From NCBI GenBank assembly GCA_028875075.1, contig JAPPGF010000009.1, forward strand, positions 86,492 through 150,491: DNA of 64,000 nt, given 5' to 3'. This document shows, piece by piece, positions 1-10,300 of this stretch. Position 1 is the stretch's first letter; each line of letters starts with the position of its first letter. Position numbers and translations under genes: made by a program. Under the pieces are notes generated by a model that did not search any database, was not told the origin of the DNA, and worked only from the letters and a program-made list of their open reading frames with translations. Origin of the DNA: Gemmatimonadota bacterium (GTDB taxonomy: Bacteria > Gemmatimonadota > Gemmatimonadetes > Longimicrobiales > Gaopeijiaceae).

Positions 1-1526
1 GGACATTGATCAACGCCACGCCGATCCATGCGCCGGAGGGCGGGATCGAGACGGTCGTGGTCACGATGCAGGATCTGGCGCCGTTCGAGGAGCTCGAGCG
101 GATGCGGAGCGAGTTCCTCGCGGTCGTGAGTCACGAGTTGCGGGTGCCGCTCACTTCCATCAAGGGCTCGGCGGCCACGGTGCTTGCCGCCGGGCCGGGC
201 TTCGCTCCGGCCGAAATGCTGCAGTTCTTCCGCATCATCGACGGGCAGGCCGATCAGATGAGCCGCCTCATCGGAGACCTGCTGGATGCAGGGCGCATCG
301 CCACGGGCACATTGTCGGTCTCGCCGGAGGCCTCCGAGGTGGAAGTGCTGGTGGAGTGGGCGAGGAACAGTTTCGTGAGCGGCGGCGGCCGCCACGCGAT
401 CGTCGTCGACCTTCCGCCCGATCTTCCCCGCGTGATGGCGGACCGCGAGCGCATCGTGCAGGTCCTCGACAATCTCCTCTCGAACGCCGCCAGACACTCT
501 CCGGAGTCGTCGCCCATCGAGGTCACCGCGCGGCCCGACGGCGCCCACGTCGCGATCTCGGTCTCGGACCGTGGCCGAGGCATTCCGGCAGACCAGCTCC
601 CCCACCTGTTCCAGAAACATGCAGGCACGCGGGACGCCGAGCGCGGTCTCGGGAGTGCCCTGGGCTTGGCCATCTCGAAGGGGCTGATCGAGGCCCACGG
701 GGGACGCATCCGGGCCACGAGCGGCGGCGAGGGACAGGGCTCGCGGTTCACGTTCACGGTCCCGGTCGCCGATGAAGCCGGCGGCGGCCCTGCGGCGGCG
801 GACTCCTCGCGGAGTCCAGAGCGGGCAGAGCGCCAACGCCCCGGGCCGCAGCGCGTCCTCGTGGTGGACGCCGATCCGCAGGCGCTGCTCCGTGTCCGCG
901 ACGTGCTGGCCGCGGCCGGCTACGCCGCGCTGTTGGCGGGCGACCACCGGGAGCTGTCCCGCGTCATCCGGGCCGAGAGACCCCAGCTCGTGCTCCTGGA
1001 CCTGATGTTGCCCGGGACCGACGGCATCAAGCTGATGGAAGAGGTGCCCGAACTGGCCGATCTGCCCGTCATCTTCGTCTCCGCCTACGGAAGGGACGAG
1101 ACCATCGCTAGGGCGCTCGACGCCGGCGCCGCCGACTACATCGTCAAGCCGTTCTCGCCTGCGGAGTTGACGGCGAGAGTCCGCGCTGCCCTAAGAAGGC
1201 GCGCCGAGTCCGAACCGTTCGTACTCGGAGAACTCGCCCTCGACTACGAACGGCGCCGGGTAACGCTGGCCGGCCGGCCGGTGAAACTGACGGCCACCGA
1301 GTACGAGGTGCTGCGCGTGCTCTCGGCCAACGCGGGACGGGTGGCCACGTACCGCTCGCTGCTCCGCCAGGCGTGGAAGCGCTACGATGGCACCGTAAAG
1401 CCCAAGCTAGTGCATGCCCTCGTCAAGAGGTTGCGTGGCAAGCTGGGCGAGGACGGAGCCGGAGCACGGTACATTCTGAGCGAGCGCGGGGTCGGCTACC
1501 GCATGCCCGCACCGGGCGGGAGCTAG
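1..1526 (+). CDS. Hybrid sensor histidine kinase fused to a complete OmpR-type response regulator (5'-partial, frame open to window edge)
   Basis: ORF 6..1526. H-box SHELRVPL (His codon 132-134), N-box DNLLSNAARHS, G-boxes DRGRGI and GLGSALGLAISKGL. Then an Ala/Gly/Pro/Arg linker, a receiver domain VLVVDAD...LVLLDLMLPGTDG (Asp codon 999-1001)...YIVKPF, and a winged helix TATEYEVLRVL...RGVGYRM. The codon at 6 is TTG and codon 3-5 is also open. Confidence 0.85.
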   Translation, partial: TLINATPIHAPEGGIETVVVTMQDLAPFEELERMRSEFLAVVSHELRVPLTSIKGSAATVLAAGPGFAPAEMLQFFRIIDGQADQMSRLIGDLLDAGRIATGTLSVSPEASEVEVLVEWARNSFVSGGGRHAIVVDLPPDLPRVMADRERIVQVLDNLLSNAARHSPESSPIEVTARPDGAHVAISVSDRGRGIPADQLPHLFQKHAGTRDAERGLGSALGLAISKGLIEAHGGRIRATSGGEGQGSRFTFTVPVADEAGGGPAAADSSRSPERAERQRPGPQRVLVVDADPQALLRVRDVLAAAGYAALLAGDHRELSRVIRAERPQLVLLDLMLPGTDGIKLMEEVPELADLPVIFVSAYGRDETIARALDAGAADYIVKPFSPAELTARVRAALRRRAESEPFVLGELALDYERRRVTLAGRPVKLTATEYEVLRVLSANAGRVATYRSLLRQAWKRYDGTVKPKLVHALVKRLRGKLGEDGAGARYILSERGVGYRMPAPGGS

Positions 1527-2086
1527 CGGCGCCCTGGCTGCTCGGTTTGTCCGGCGCGAATGCTGCGCGCTCGGCAGTCACGAGGAACGCGTCCGGGCGT
1601 TCGGATCGACACTCCCGGGCGCACTGCGAGAGCCGACGGCGAGCGCGCTCTTCCAGGCGGCGTGCGCAGCCGCCGCGGCCGCAGTCAGCGCGGCCGCGGT
1701 ACTGCGGTTGAGGGGGCTGCCGCGGTGGCTTTCCCTTTGGACGCTCGGGGCCGGAATGCTGCTGTTCCTGTGGAACGTCTGGACGCTGCTGTAGAGTCGG
1801 TCGTCCACCACCGACACCCCGGAATCGTTGGTCGGACCTGAGGATCGGGCCCTCATCGCTGCGGATCGACGGCCGCGCCGGTGACTGCCCGGGTGGCAGA
1901 CATCCCGTCCTGGAACGAAGTTCCAACAGCGCAGATTGTGCAGTCCATCACGAGGGAGGAATCCCGTGATGGCACGCGCGAAACGAAGCCGGCGCCGCTG
2001 CAGCGGCGGCCGGTGCACACGGCACCGCGTCCGGATCTTTCCCCGTGGACGGAGACCGAGGCTTGGATCGGATACCCAGGCTGATC

Positions 2087-3454
2087 ATGGGCGTAACCGG
2101 TACTGCGGCCGCGCTCTTCTATCGCATCGAGCGGCACGGGCCACCCCTCCCCGACGGTCCGTTGATCGTGGCGGCCAACCATCCCAACAGCCTCATCGAC
2201 GCGCTGCTGATCTTCCGCTGTAGCGAGCGGATCGCGCGGCCGCTGGGTCGCGCACGACTCTTCGACGGGCGCCTTCTCGGTCCGGTGCTGCGCGCGCTGG
2301 GCGGCATCCCGGTCCACCGGAGGGAGGACGATCCCGAGGCGATGCACCGCAACGAGCAGATGTTCCGGTCCGCCGTCGGTGTGCTCCTCGGCGGCGGCGC
2401 ACTCCAGGTCCATCCCGAGGGCAAGAGCCACTCCGAGGTGCGCCTGGCGGAGTTCCGCACGGGCGCCGCACGGATCGCGCTGCAGGCGGAGGAGCGGGCC
2501 GAGTGGGGACTCGGGCTGTCGATCGTTCCCGTGGGGATCACGTATTCGGCCAAGGAGTTGGCCAGAACCGAGGTCGCCGTGCGCTTCGGCAAGGCGTTCG
2601 GGTGCGCGGACCTGAAGGAGCGGTACCGGGAGGATCCCGTCGCCGCGGTGCGCGGGCTTACCGAACGGATCGAGCAGGGGGTCCGCCGCCAGACGCTGAA
2701 CTTCGGCCGCCACCGCGACAGGATCCTCGTGGAAGTGGCGGAGCAGCTCTTTGTGCGCGAGTCGCGGTGGGTTCCGTGGCGGGTCCGGCAACGGCTGGGC
2801 ACACGGTTCCCTCGGCTGCAGCGCTTTGCAAGGGGGCTGGAATGGATCCGCGGAGCGCACCCGGAGGAACACCGCCAGCTGGTCGACAAGGTGGAGCGGT
2901 ATGCCGAGCTGAACGACGAGGTCGGCGCCGGTGAGGGCGACGTGCCACTGCGCTACAGGTTCCTGCCGGTCGCAAGATACGTTCTGGTACGCGGCACGCT
3001 TCTGGCGCTGGGACTCCCGTTCGCGGTTGTCGGATTCCTGCTCTGGGCTCCCGTAGCCCGGCTTCCCGGCTTTGTGGTCCGACGGGTGAAGCTCGGGTAC
3101 GAGGTCACGGCGACGATCAAGCTGATGACACTCCTGGGCGGGGCGAGTGCGGCCTGGATCCTGTGGACGGCCCTGGGCTACCTCGCCGGAGGCATGCCCG
3201 CGGCGGTGGGGGCGGCCGTGCTGGCTCCCGCGTGCGGCTTCGTGGCCATGCTGTGGCTGGAGCTCGCCCGCGAGGTCCGCCAGGACACGGTCCTCTTTCT
3301 GCGGCTGCAGGGCCGCCCCGATCTCCGCGAGCGCTTCGCCGAGCTGCGCTCGGAACTCACCCAGACCTTTCGACGGCTGGAGAAGCGGTGGATGGAGGAA
3401 CGGCAGCCGGGCGCCCGGAGGGAAGGGGAGCGGTCGGCGGACGAGAGGTCCTGA
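2087..3454 (+). CDS. PlsC-like lysophospholipid/glycerol-3-phosphate acyltransferase with hydrophobic C-terminal extension
   Basis: HX4D motif NHPNSLID, second block HPEGKSH, FRTGAARIA. The C-terminal third has several hydrophobic helices (LLALGLPFAVVGFLLWAPV..., LLGGASAAWILWTALGYLAGG...). ATG 2087 chosen; GTG 2045 also possible. Confidence 0.75.
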   Translation: MGVTGTAAALFYRIERHGPPLPDGPLIVAANHPNSLIDALLIFRCSERIARPLGRARLFDGRLLGPVLRALGGIPVHRREDDPEAMHRNEQMFRSAVGVLLGGGALQVHPEGKSHSEVRLAEFRTGAARIALQAEERAEWGLGLSIVPVGITYSAKELARTEVAVRFGKAFGCADLKERYREDPVAAVRGLTERIEQGVRRQTLNFGRHRDRILVEVAEQLFVRESRWVPWRVRQRLGTRFPRLQRFARGLEWIRGAHPEEHRQLVDKVERYAELNDEVGAGEGDVPLRYRFLPVARYVLVRGTLLALGLPFAVVGFLLWAPVARLPGFVVRRVKLGYEVTATIKLMTLLGGASAAWILWTALGYLAGGMPAAVGAAVLAPACGFVAMLWLELAREVRQDTVLFLRLQGRPDLRERFAELRSELTQTFRRLEKRWMEERQPGARREGERSADERS

Positions 3455-3834
3455 CGAGAGCAAGGCCGCCTTGAACTGCCGTTCCAGTTTGGTCGCACAG
3501 CTGCCGACTCCGGACCAGGAAGCGTTATGATGTCGGTTGACACCACTCCCGGTGGCCGCTTTGGCTGGGCTTCAGGCTCGTCTTCCGCCGTGGTGCGCCG
3601 ACGAATGGTTCCGCGCGTGGCTGAACGCGACTCCCAACTACAGCGGCACGGGCATTGACTGAGATGGCGGCAACCCGCACCAGGAGTTCAGCGAGGTGAG
3701 TCCGGCATCGCCCACCGTGGTGCCGGCGATACCGCCGAGGTGGTGTTCACGATCCGCAACGCGCGTGACAGACAATCCCCGGCTACCCTCACCCGGGGAT
3801 ACTGGTCGCCGGACCCTAGGGACCCTCGATTGAC

Positions 3835-5226
3835 GTGAAGACCTCGCCGACACACATCGCGATCATAGGAGCCGGGCCGGCCGGCTTCTTCGCGGCCGAG
3901 GCGCTGCTGAAGGACGATGGCCCCGTCGCTGTCGACATGATCAACAACCTGCCCGCGCCCTATGGGCTCGTCCGCGACGGCGTGGCCCCGGACCACCAGG
4001 CGATCAAGTCGGTGGCGCGAGCCTACGTGAAGATCCTGACCCGCGACGAGGTTCGCTATTTCGGTAACGTCACACTGGGCGAAGACGTGACGCTGGAGGA
4101 TCTTCGCTCCCGCTACGACCAGATCGTCTACGCGGTCGGCGCGCAGAGCGACCGCCGACTGGGCATTCCGGGCGAGGATCTGGCCGGCAGCCACGCCGCC
4201 ATGCGCTTCGTGGGGTGGTACAACGCTCATCCGGACTTCCGGACCGAGGCGTTCGATCTCGATTGCGAGGACGTGGTGGTCATCGGGAACGGCAACGTTG
4301 CGATCGACGTGGCACGCATCCTGGTCCTCCAGCCCGACCGCCTGGCGACGACGGACATCGCCGATCACGCGCTGGCGGTGCTGCGGAAGAGCCGTGTGAG
4401 AAGGGTCACGCTGCTGGGACGCCGCGGTCCCGCACAGGCGTCTTTCACCAATCCGGAGTTGCGGGAATTCGGTCGCCTGGACGGGGTTTCGGCAGAAGCG
4501 GACGCCGCTGAACTGGAGCTGGATCCCGCAAGCGCGGCCGAAATCGAAGACAACGCGGTGCGCAAGCGCAACATGAACACGCTGCGAGCGTACGCCGACG
4601 CCGTTCCGGGGGATGGAGACCGTGTTGTGCGGTTCCGTTTCCTGGTTTCGCCGCTCGAGGTGGTGGGCCGTGACGGCAAAGTGTGCGGCGTGCGGGTCGA
4701 GCGGAACCGCCTGGTCGCACAGGACGACGGCTACCAGCGGGCGGAGGGCACCGATGTGGTCGAGACGCTGCCGTGCGGGATGCTGATCCGCTCCGTGGGA
4801 TACCGGGGCGCTCCGGTGCCGGGCGTGCCCTTTGACGAGCGCGCCGGGATCGTGCCGAACGCAGGCGGCCGCGTGCTGGCGTGCGCCGGTAGCGCCGAGG
4901 TCGTGCCGGGCGAGTACGTGGTGGGCTGGGCGAAGCGGGGACCGTCGGGCGTGATCGGGACGAACAAGGCCGACGCGGCGGCCACGGTCGCCCTCATGGC
5001 CGAGGACCGTGGCGTGGGGATCTCCGCCGGGAAGGGGAGCGAACGCGCGGACGATCTCCCACTGCTGCTGGAGCGGCGTGGCGTTCGCTGGGTCGACAAG
5101 GAGGGATGGGCGCGCATGGACGCCCGCGAAACTGCGCTCGGCGAGGCTCAGGGGCGGCCAAGGGTCAAGTTCTGCAGCGTACCGGAGATGCTCGACGCGG
5201 CGGGGGCGGCTGGCTCGCGCGACTGA
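3835..5226 (+). CDS. fprA: FprA-type (adrenodoxin-reductase-like) ferredoxin--NADP+ reductase
   Basis: Collinear resemblance to mycobacterial FprA along the whole length. Matching blocks: IAIIGAGPAGFFAAEALLK, GLVRDGVAPDH, YAVGAQSDRRLGIPGEDL, VGWYNAHPDF, VVIGNGNVAIDVARIL, VGRRGPAQASFT, SVGYRG, VVGWAKRGPSGVIGTNK, GRPRVKF. GTG start. Confidence 0.9.
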   Translation: MKTSPTHIAIIGAGPAGFFAAEALLKDDGPVAVDMINNLPAPYGLVRDGVAPDHQAIKSVARAYVKILTRDEVRYFGNVTLGEDVTLEDLRSRYDQIVYAVGAQSDRRLGIPGEDLAGSHAAMRFVGWYNAHPDFRTEAFDLDCEDVVVIGNGNVAIDVARILVLQPDRLATTDIADHALAVLRKSRVRRVTLLGRRGPAQASFTNPELREFGRLDGVSAEADAAELELDPASAAEIEDNAVRKRNMNTLRAYADAVPGDGDRVVRFRFLVSPLEVVGRDGKVCGVRVERNRLVAQDDGYQRAEGTDVVETLPCGMLIRSVGYRGAPVPGVPFDERAGIVPNAGGRVLACAGSAEVVPGEYVVGWAKRGPSGVIGTNKADAAATVALMAEDRGVGISAGKGSERADDLPLLLERRGVRWVDKEGWARMDARETALGEAQGRPRVKFCSVPEMLDAAGAAGSRD

Positions 5227-5352
5227 GTGCCGGCGGTCAAATCAGGCGCGACATCCGACGACAGGTTCCGCCGGGGTTGAGACATCCTGGCACAACCGCG
5301 CCCGGATTCGGCCGCAGCAGCTTCGCGCCGATCTAGCGGCCGGAGGCGGTGT

Positions 5353-5883
5353 TCAGTGCCCGAACAGTCTCAACGCCGCTCCCAGCGGGATGCCGACCGT
5401 GGTCAAGAAGCTCTCGGAGCCTCCCTTCCCGGGACCTTCGCCGGCCTGGCCGCCCTCCGTGCCCCGCACCACGAGCGCGAGCGCCGCTGTTCCTGCCGCG
5501 ACCGCGGCGCCCAGGGCCACGCTCCTCACCGCCGAGAACTCGCGCACCTCGATGCTCGCGACGGCACCGCGGGCGACCCGCAGGGTGTCCCGGCCCATGA
5601 GCTCGCGAAACGCACCGATGAAGCGTCGGGTGCTCGTCTCCAGCGACAGCGTGTCCCCGGAACTCAGGATCAGCCCCTCGATCGCCACGGTCTCGGGCGG
5701 CCGGCCGGGGGCGATGACCGCGGGCTGGACGGGAACGCGCACCCTGGCCAGGGAACCCACCGGCGCGTGCTCGACCCGAGTATAGGCGTAGCAGCCGGAG
5801 GCCAGGGGCGCGACGCACAGGAGGGTCAAGCGCAGAACGCGGCGGAGGCCCCCCGAGTGAGCGGAACGCGACGTCGAAGTCAC
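5353..5883 (-). CDS. Hypothetical lipoprotein, last gene of the susC/susD-like operon
   Basis: Lipobox LLCVAPLASG|C after a basic n-region; Gly/Ala-rich hydrophobic C-terminus. GTG 5883 chosen because it gives a normal-length signal peptide; the ORF opens at GTG 5946. Confidence 0.55.
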   Translation of the reverse strand: MTSTSRSAHSGGLRRVLRLTLLCVAPLASGCYAYTRVEHAPVGSLARVRVPVQPAVIAPGRPPETVAIEGLILSSGDTLSLETSTRRFIGAFRELMGRDTLRVARGAVASIEVREFSAVRSVALGAAVAAGTAALALVVRGTEGGQAGEGPGKGGSESFLTTVGIPLGAALRLFGH

Positions 5884-5971
5884 CGGGGGCGGGCCTTCGA
5901 ACGCCGCCGGACCCGGTCGCCGGCGGGGCGGCGAAGCGCGGGGCACAAGCGAGCAAGCCCCCGGCCCCGTC

Positions 5972-7330
5972 TCATCCGCCGCAGCCCAGACCGTTCAGGT
6001 GGCAGTTGGCCCGCAGCTCGATGATCGAGATCGGAAGCATCGTGCCGGGCCTCGACGAGGCGGCGGAAGCGTCCTGCCACTTGGGGTCCCGGATCCCCCA
6101 GCGGTACATGTCCGCCAGGCGGAGACCCTGAAGCATCACGTTCACGCGGCGCGTGTGGCGGAGCATCTGCGTCTCGGAGATCTGGCCGTCGTAGGGCGTC
6201 AGGCGGTCGAGCGTGCGGATGCGGTTGACGTGCGTCCGGAAGGCGCTCGAGTCCTCGCCCGCCAGCGCGTTCTCGGCCAGGATCAGGTGCATCATGCGCG
6301 CTGAGACGAGCGTAAGGGGCGGATAGACGCCGCCCTTGTCGAGGTAGCTGCCGCCCTTCCACTGGTTCAGCCACTTGACGACCGCCGGGTCGTCGACCCC
6401 GTCGATGGGGTCCTTGAGTGCGATTCCGTCGATGTCGTTCTGGTCGTCGACCGTCGCGACCGAGAGGTCGATCTGGTTCTCCTTCCGGTCGTTGACCCAC
6501 GAGGCCATGGAGTTCGACGTGCTGGCGCTCGAGAACGTCAGCTCGTAGGTCCAGTCGGCGGCGACTGTGGCGAGCACGGCGCGGGCGTCCGCACCGGCCT
6601 CGGGGGAGGAGACGAGCCCGTCGCCCTCGGGGGCCGGGTTGATCGCGTCCCAGATCGCTCGCGACTGCCTGGCGCGCGCGCGGAGCGCCCGGGCCCGGGT
6701 CTCCATGTCCGTGGCCCCCACCTCGGCGAAGCCCTGGACGGCGGCCGAGAACCGCTCGATCGCCCCGTCGAGGACTTGGTACATGTTCTCGGGCCCGATC
6801 GGTGGCCCGCTCTCGGCCTTGTCCGAGAATGCGAAATCCTCCTGGATCTCCCCGATCACCATGTAGATGATCCCGGAGTAGAGGTGGGCCCGCGCCAGGT
6901 CGGTCGCGAGCGCCGCCGAGGGGTTGCTCCCGTGGTGCCCGCTCAGGAGCTCGATCGCCTCGTCGCTCATCCAGCGGGCCTGCCCCATGGCCGGGAAGGG
7001 CCCGTCGATGAACTCGTTCAGCGGATCGTCCACGAAGCCCTGGTCGAGCGAGAGCCAGGCGTCGCGCGATCCGATCCAGCGCATCTCGTCGGAGGCGACC
7101 AGGTAGGGCTGCCACGACTGCGAGAGCGCCGACGACACGAGGGTCAGCACCCCGTTTACGACCGCCGAGGCCGTGCTCTCCTCCCGGATGGCTTCCTCGG
7201 CCAGGTCGTTGGGGTTGCCGACGTCCAGGATGTCGCAGCCCCCGAGGGCGGGCGCGAGCAGAAGCAGGAGGACCCCCGCGCGGGTCCCCGCGATCCGGCG
7301 CGGCGCCTGTCCCCTCGCGCTCCGGCTCAC
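5972..7330 (-). CDS. SusD/RagB-family outer-membrane lipoprotein
   Basis: C-terminal 452 codons of the artefactual 1551-aa ORF. Lipobox LLLAPALGG|C. SusD-like helical features (ARAHLYSGIIYMVIGE, LTLVSARMMHLILAENAL, RLADMYRWG). The GTG start at 7330-7328 overlaps the susC-like TGA (7329-7327) as GTGA. Confidence 0.8.
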   Translation of the reverse strand: MSRSARGQAPRRIAGTRAGVLLLLLAPALGGCDILDVGNPNDLAEEAIREESTASAVVNGVLTLVSSALSQSWQPYLVASDEMRWIGSRDAWLSLDQGFVDDPLNEFIDGPFPAMGQARWMSDEAIELLSGHHGSNPSAALATDLARAHLYSGIIYMVIGEIQEDFAFSDKAESGPPIGPENMYQVLDGAIERFSAAVQGFAEVGATDMETRARALRARARQSRAIWDAINPAPEGDGLVSSPEAGADARAVLATVAADWTYELTFSSASTSNSMASWVNDRKENQIDLSVATVDDQNDIDGIALKDPIDGVDDPAVVKWLNQWKGGSYLDKGGVYPPLTLVSARMMHLILAENALAGEDSSAFRTHVNRIRTLDRLTPYDGQISETQMLRHTRRVNVMLQGLRLADMYRWGIRDPKWQDASAASSRPGTMLPISIIELRANCHLNGLGCGG

Positions 7331-10300
7331 AGCGTGAAGCGCGTCGAGAGCGTGAAGCGCCTGGGCGTCGGGATGCCCCAGCCTTCGGTCGAGTCCAGGA
7401 AGTTGCAGTCGAGCCCGTCGTTGCAGCGGCCGAGCACGTTCCCCTCGGGATCCATGCCCGGGTAGTCGCCCAGCATGAAGAGCTTCAGGTTGCGCACGCC
7501 GAGGCTCAGCGCGGCCGTCGCGACGCCCCAGGCCTCGACGACGCCCGCCGGGACGCGGTAGGTGAGCGAGAGCTCCCGCCACTGGATCCAGTCGGCGTCG
7601 TAGACGCCGTTCATGCCGCTCATGGGCGAGAGCCCCTCCATCTCGTGCACCCACGCGAGCGCGGCGTCGAGCCGGTGCTCGGCGGATGTGGCGGGATCCA
7701 GCATGGCCGCGTAGAGCTCCGCCGAGCGCGGCGTGTTCCTGCCGATGACGTCGTTGGCCCGCCGGAAAGTTCCGGACAGGTCCAGCACCTGGTGACCGAA
7801 CTTGTACTCGAAGAGCGAGCCGAGCTCGAAGCTGTTCAGGAACGCGAGATCGAAACCGAAGGAGCCGGCGAAGTCGGGGGTGGGCTCGCCCAGGTAGCTG
7901 TCCAGGAGCCCGGTGCCGCAGTTGTGCGAGGCCAGCGCTCCGTTCGGCGTGCCGAAGGTCTCGTGGCCGAGGGCGAGCGGCTTGAAGTCGTTCGGGTCGC
8001 GCGGCTCGGCAAAGTACCGGAGCGCCTGCTCGCGCGTGGGCGGCACGCACTCGCCGCCTGCGGGATCGAGGATATTGAGCGGGACGTCGAGGTCGGCGAG
8101 CCGGGCGCCGAAGAAGGCGCCGGGGGCGTAGCCCTCGGTCAGGAAGTTGCGGTAGCGCGGGTAGCTCTCGCCGGTCTTGAGCGGCGGGGCCCCGCCCATG
8201 TCGGTGATCTCCTCGCTCAGGTAGGCCGTGTTGGCGAAGACCCTGAGCGAGAGCCCCGGCCGCCGGATCAGTGTGCCCCGGGCGCCCAGCTCGAAGCCCC
8301 GGGCCTTCACCTCGCCGATGTTGTCGAGCTGCTTCTTCGTGAACCCGCCCGTGACCGGGAACTGGCGCGGCACGAGCGCGTCGGCGACGGTCCGGCGCCA
8401 GTAGGTCGCCTCCACGGACCAGGCGTCGTCCAGGAGCCCCAGGTCGAGCCCGAACTCCCATTCCTTGGACACTTCGGGCTTCAGCTGGTCGTTGCCCAGG
8501 TTCGAGGGCCCGATGCCCGGGCCCAGCACGGTGCCCAGGGACGTGAAGGTGGTCGACTTGTCGAACGCGCCCGGCTGCAGCCCCGAAGTGCCGAAGGCCG
8601 CCTTGACGCGGAGCGACGAGAAGGTCTCGCTCTCCCACAGCTCGCTCGGGACCATCGCGGCGTTGGCCTTCGGATAGAAGGCGGCGCTGAACGAGTCGCC
8701 GAACGCGGAGTTCGCGTCCCAGCGGCCTCCGACGGTCAGGAAGAGCCAGTCGTCCAGGCCGATCTGGTCCTGCAGGTATCCGCCGATCTGCGTCACCCGC
8801 AGCCACCGCTCGTAGGAGGACTCGGAGCCGAGTGCCGAGAGCGTCTCGAGGCCGGGGCCCGGGAAGTCGCGGCCGTCCCCGCCGACCGACTGGCGCTGCT
8901 TGAGGAAGCCCTGGCCGCCGAAGAGGAAGGTGTTCTCGACCCGGTCCGTCCTGAAGACGTAGGAGCCCTTGACGTCCGCCGTGATCTCCCGGCTCCGGTC
9001 CTCGTTGACCTCCCGGCTGCCGTCGGGCGTCGAGCCCGAGAACCCGTCCACGTTCCAGCCGTACGGCCGGAAGGAGACCGCGTCGTCGGAGGTGAAGTCG
9101 AGGCCGAAGGTGCCGTCGAGCCGGAAGCTCTGGGTCGGGGTGAAGCCGACGGTCGCGGAGCCGGCGAAGTGCTGCGCGTTCACGAAGTTCAGCTCGTAGG
9201 TGTTCTCGCGGAGCGTCGCGAACGCCGGCTGCCCGTAGAAGTTCACCTGTCCCTGGTCCGGGTCCGCGTTGGCCTTGCGGAGCTGCGACATGAGCGAGGA
9301 GGAGAAGACGCCGTAGACGCTGTTCGCGTTGTTGGGCGTGTGGTGCTCCATGTCCGAGTAGAGCATGCTCACGCCGATGCTCAGCTCGCTGCTCGGCACG
9401 ACGGTGAAGTTGGTGTGCAGCGACGCGCGCCGATTCGTGTCGTTCGCAGGCTCGAGCCCCTCGACCGGCTCGAAATTGCGCGGCGCGTCGTAGGGGCCGT
9501 CCTCGCGCGAAAGCCGCGCGGAGACGAAGTACTGGAACACGTCCGAGCCGCCCGACACGGATCCGGAGTAGCTCTGCGCGAATCCGGTGCCCAAGAGGTC
9601 TGGAATGACGTCGCGCACGACGGGCCGGAAGGGCTCGACGGGCTCTCCCCAGCGCCCGGACATCAGCCGCACGGCGTCGCTCAGCCGCTGCTCGTCGCCC
9701 TCTCCCGCGCATCCGGGCGTCTCGCAGGCCCGCCCGGCGAAGTCCGCGAGCGGGAGGATGCGGTCGGTCGGCACGCTGACCCCGGTGACGTCGGCCTGGA
9801 AGGTGAAGCGCGGGGCCCCGATGTCGCCCCTCTTGGTGAAGATCTGGATCACGCCGTTCGAGGCCTCGGTCCCGTACAGGGTGGCCGCGGCCGCGCCCTT
9901 CAGGATCTCGATGCGCTCGATGGACTCGGGAGGGATGTCGTCGAGACGCGACGGATTGCCCTGGTCGTTGAAGTTCTGGATCGCTGAGCGGTCCACGCGG
10001 ACGCCGTCCAGGTAGACGATGGGCTCGTTGAGCTGCGAGAGCGACGCCGAGCCGCGGATCCGGATGCGCGCCCCCTCGCCCGTGTAGCCCGAGGAGGGAA
10101 GCGCCACGACGCCGGGCTCGCGACCGGCGATGAGCTGGCTGAAGTCGGCGATGGGCGCGCTCTCGAGCTCGGCGGCATCCAGCGTGGCGATGGTGTGGCC
10201 GAGCTTGCGCTTCTCGGTCGCGACGCCGGTGCCCGTCACGACGATCTCGTCGAGGGCGAGCGCGGCCACCGCGATCGCGAAGTCGACGCTCGTCGCCTCG

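Noticed and set aside
1480-1794. Open frame after the kinase gene ending in a hydrophobic tail (...LSLWTLGAGMLLFLWNVWTLL*)
   Set aside because: There is no ATG or GTG start in frame. The only TTG (1708) gives 28 aa, so it cannot be supported as a gene.
1853-3463. 536-aa minus-strand ORF antisense to the acyltransferase gene. Similar long antisense or off-frame ORFs occur at 7645-9987, 16001-17476, 16138-17643, 28637-29863, 39721-41259, 51514-52875, 56979-58358 and 61256-62791.
   Set aside because: The composition is dominated by Arg, Pro, Gly and Ala with no recognisable motifs. Each overlaps a strongly supported gene on the other strand or in another frame.
3537-3662. 41-codon TTG-initiated ORF (…LPPWCADEWFRAWLNATPNYSGTGID*) between the acyltransferase gene and fprA
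   Set aside because: The text is protein-like, but the ORF is very short, has no Shine-Dalgarno, and has no neighbouring maturation genes. It could equally be chance or a gene stump.
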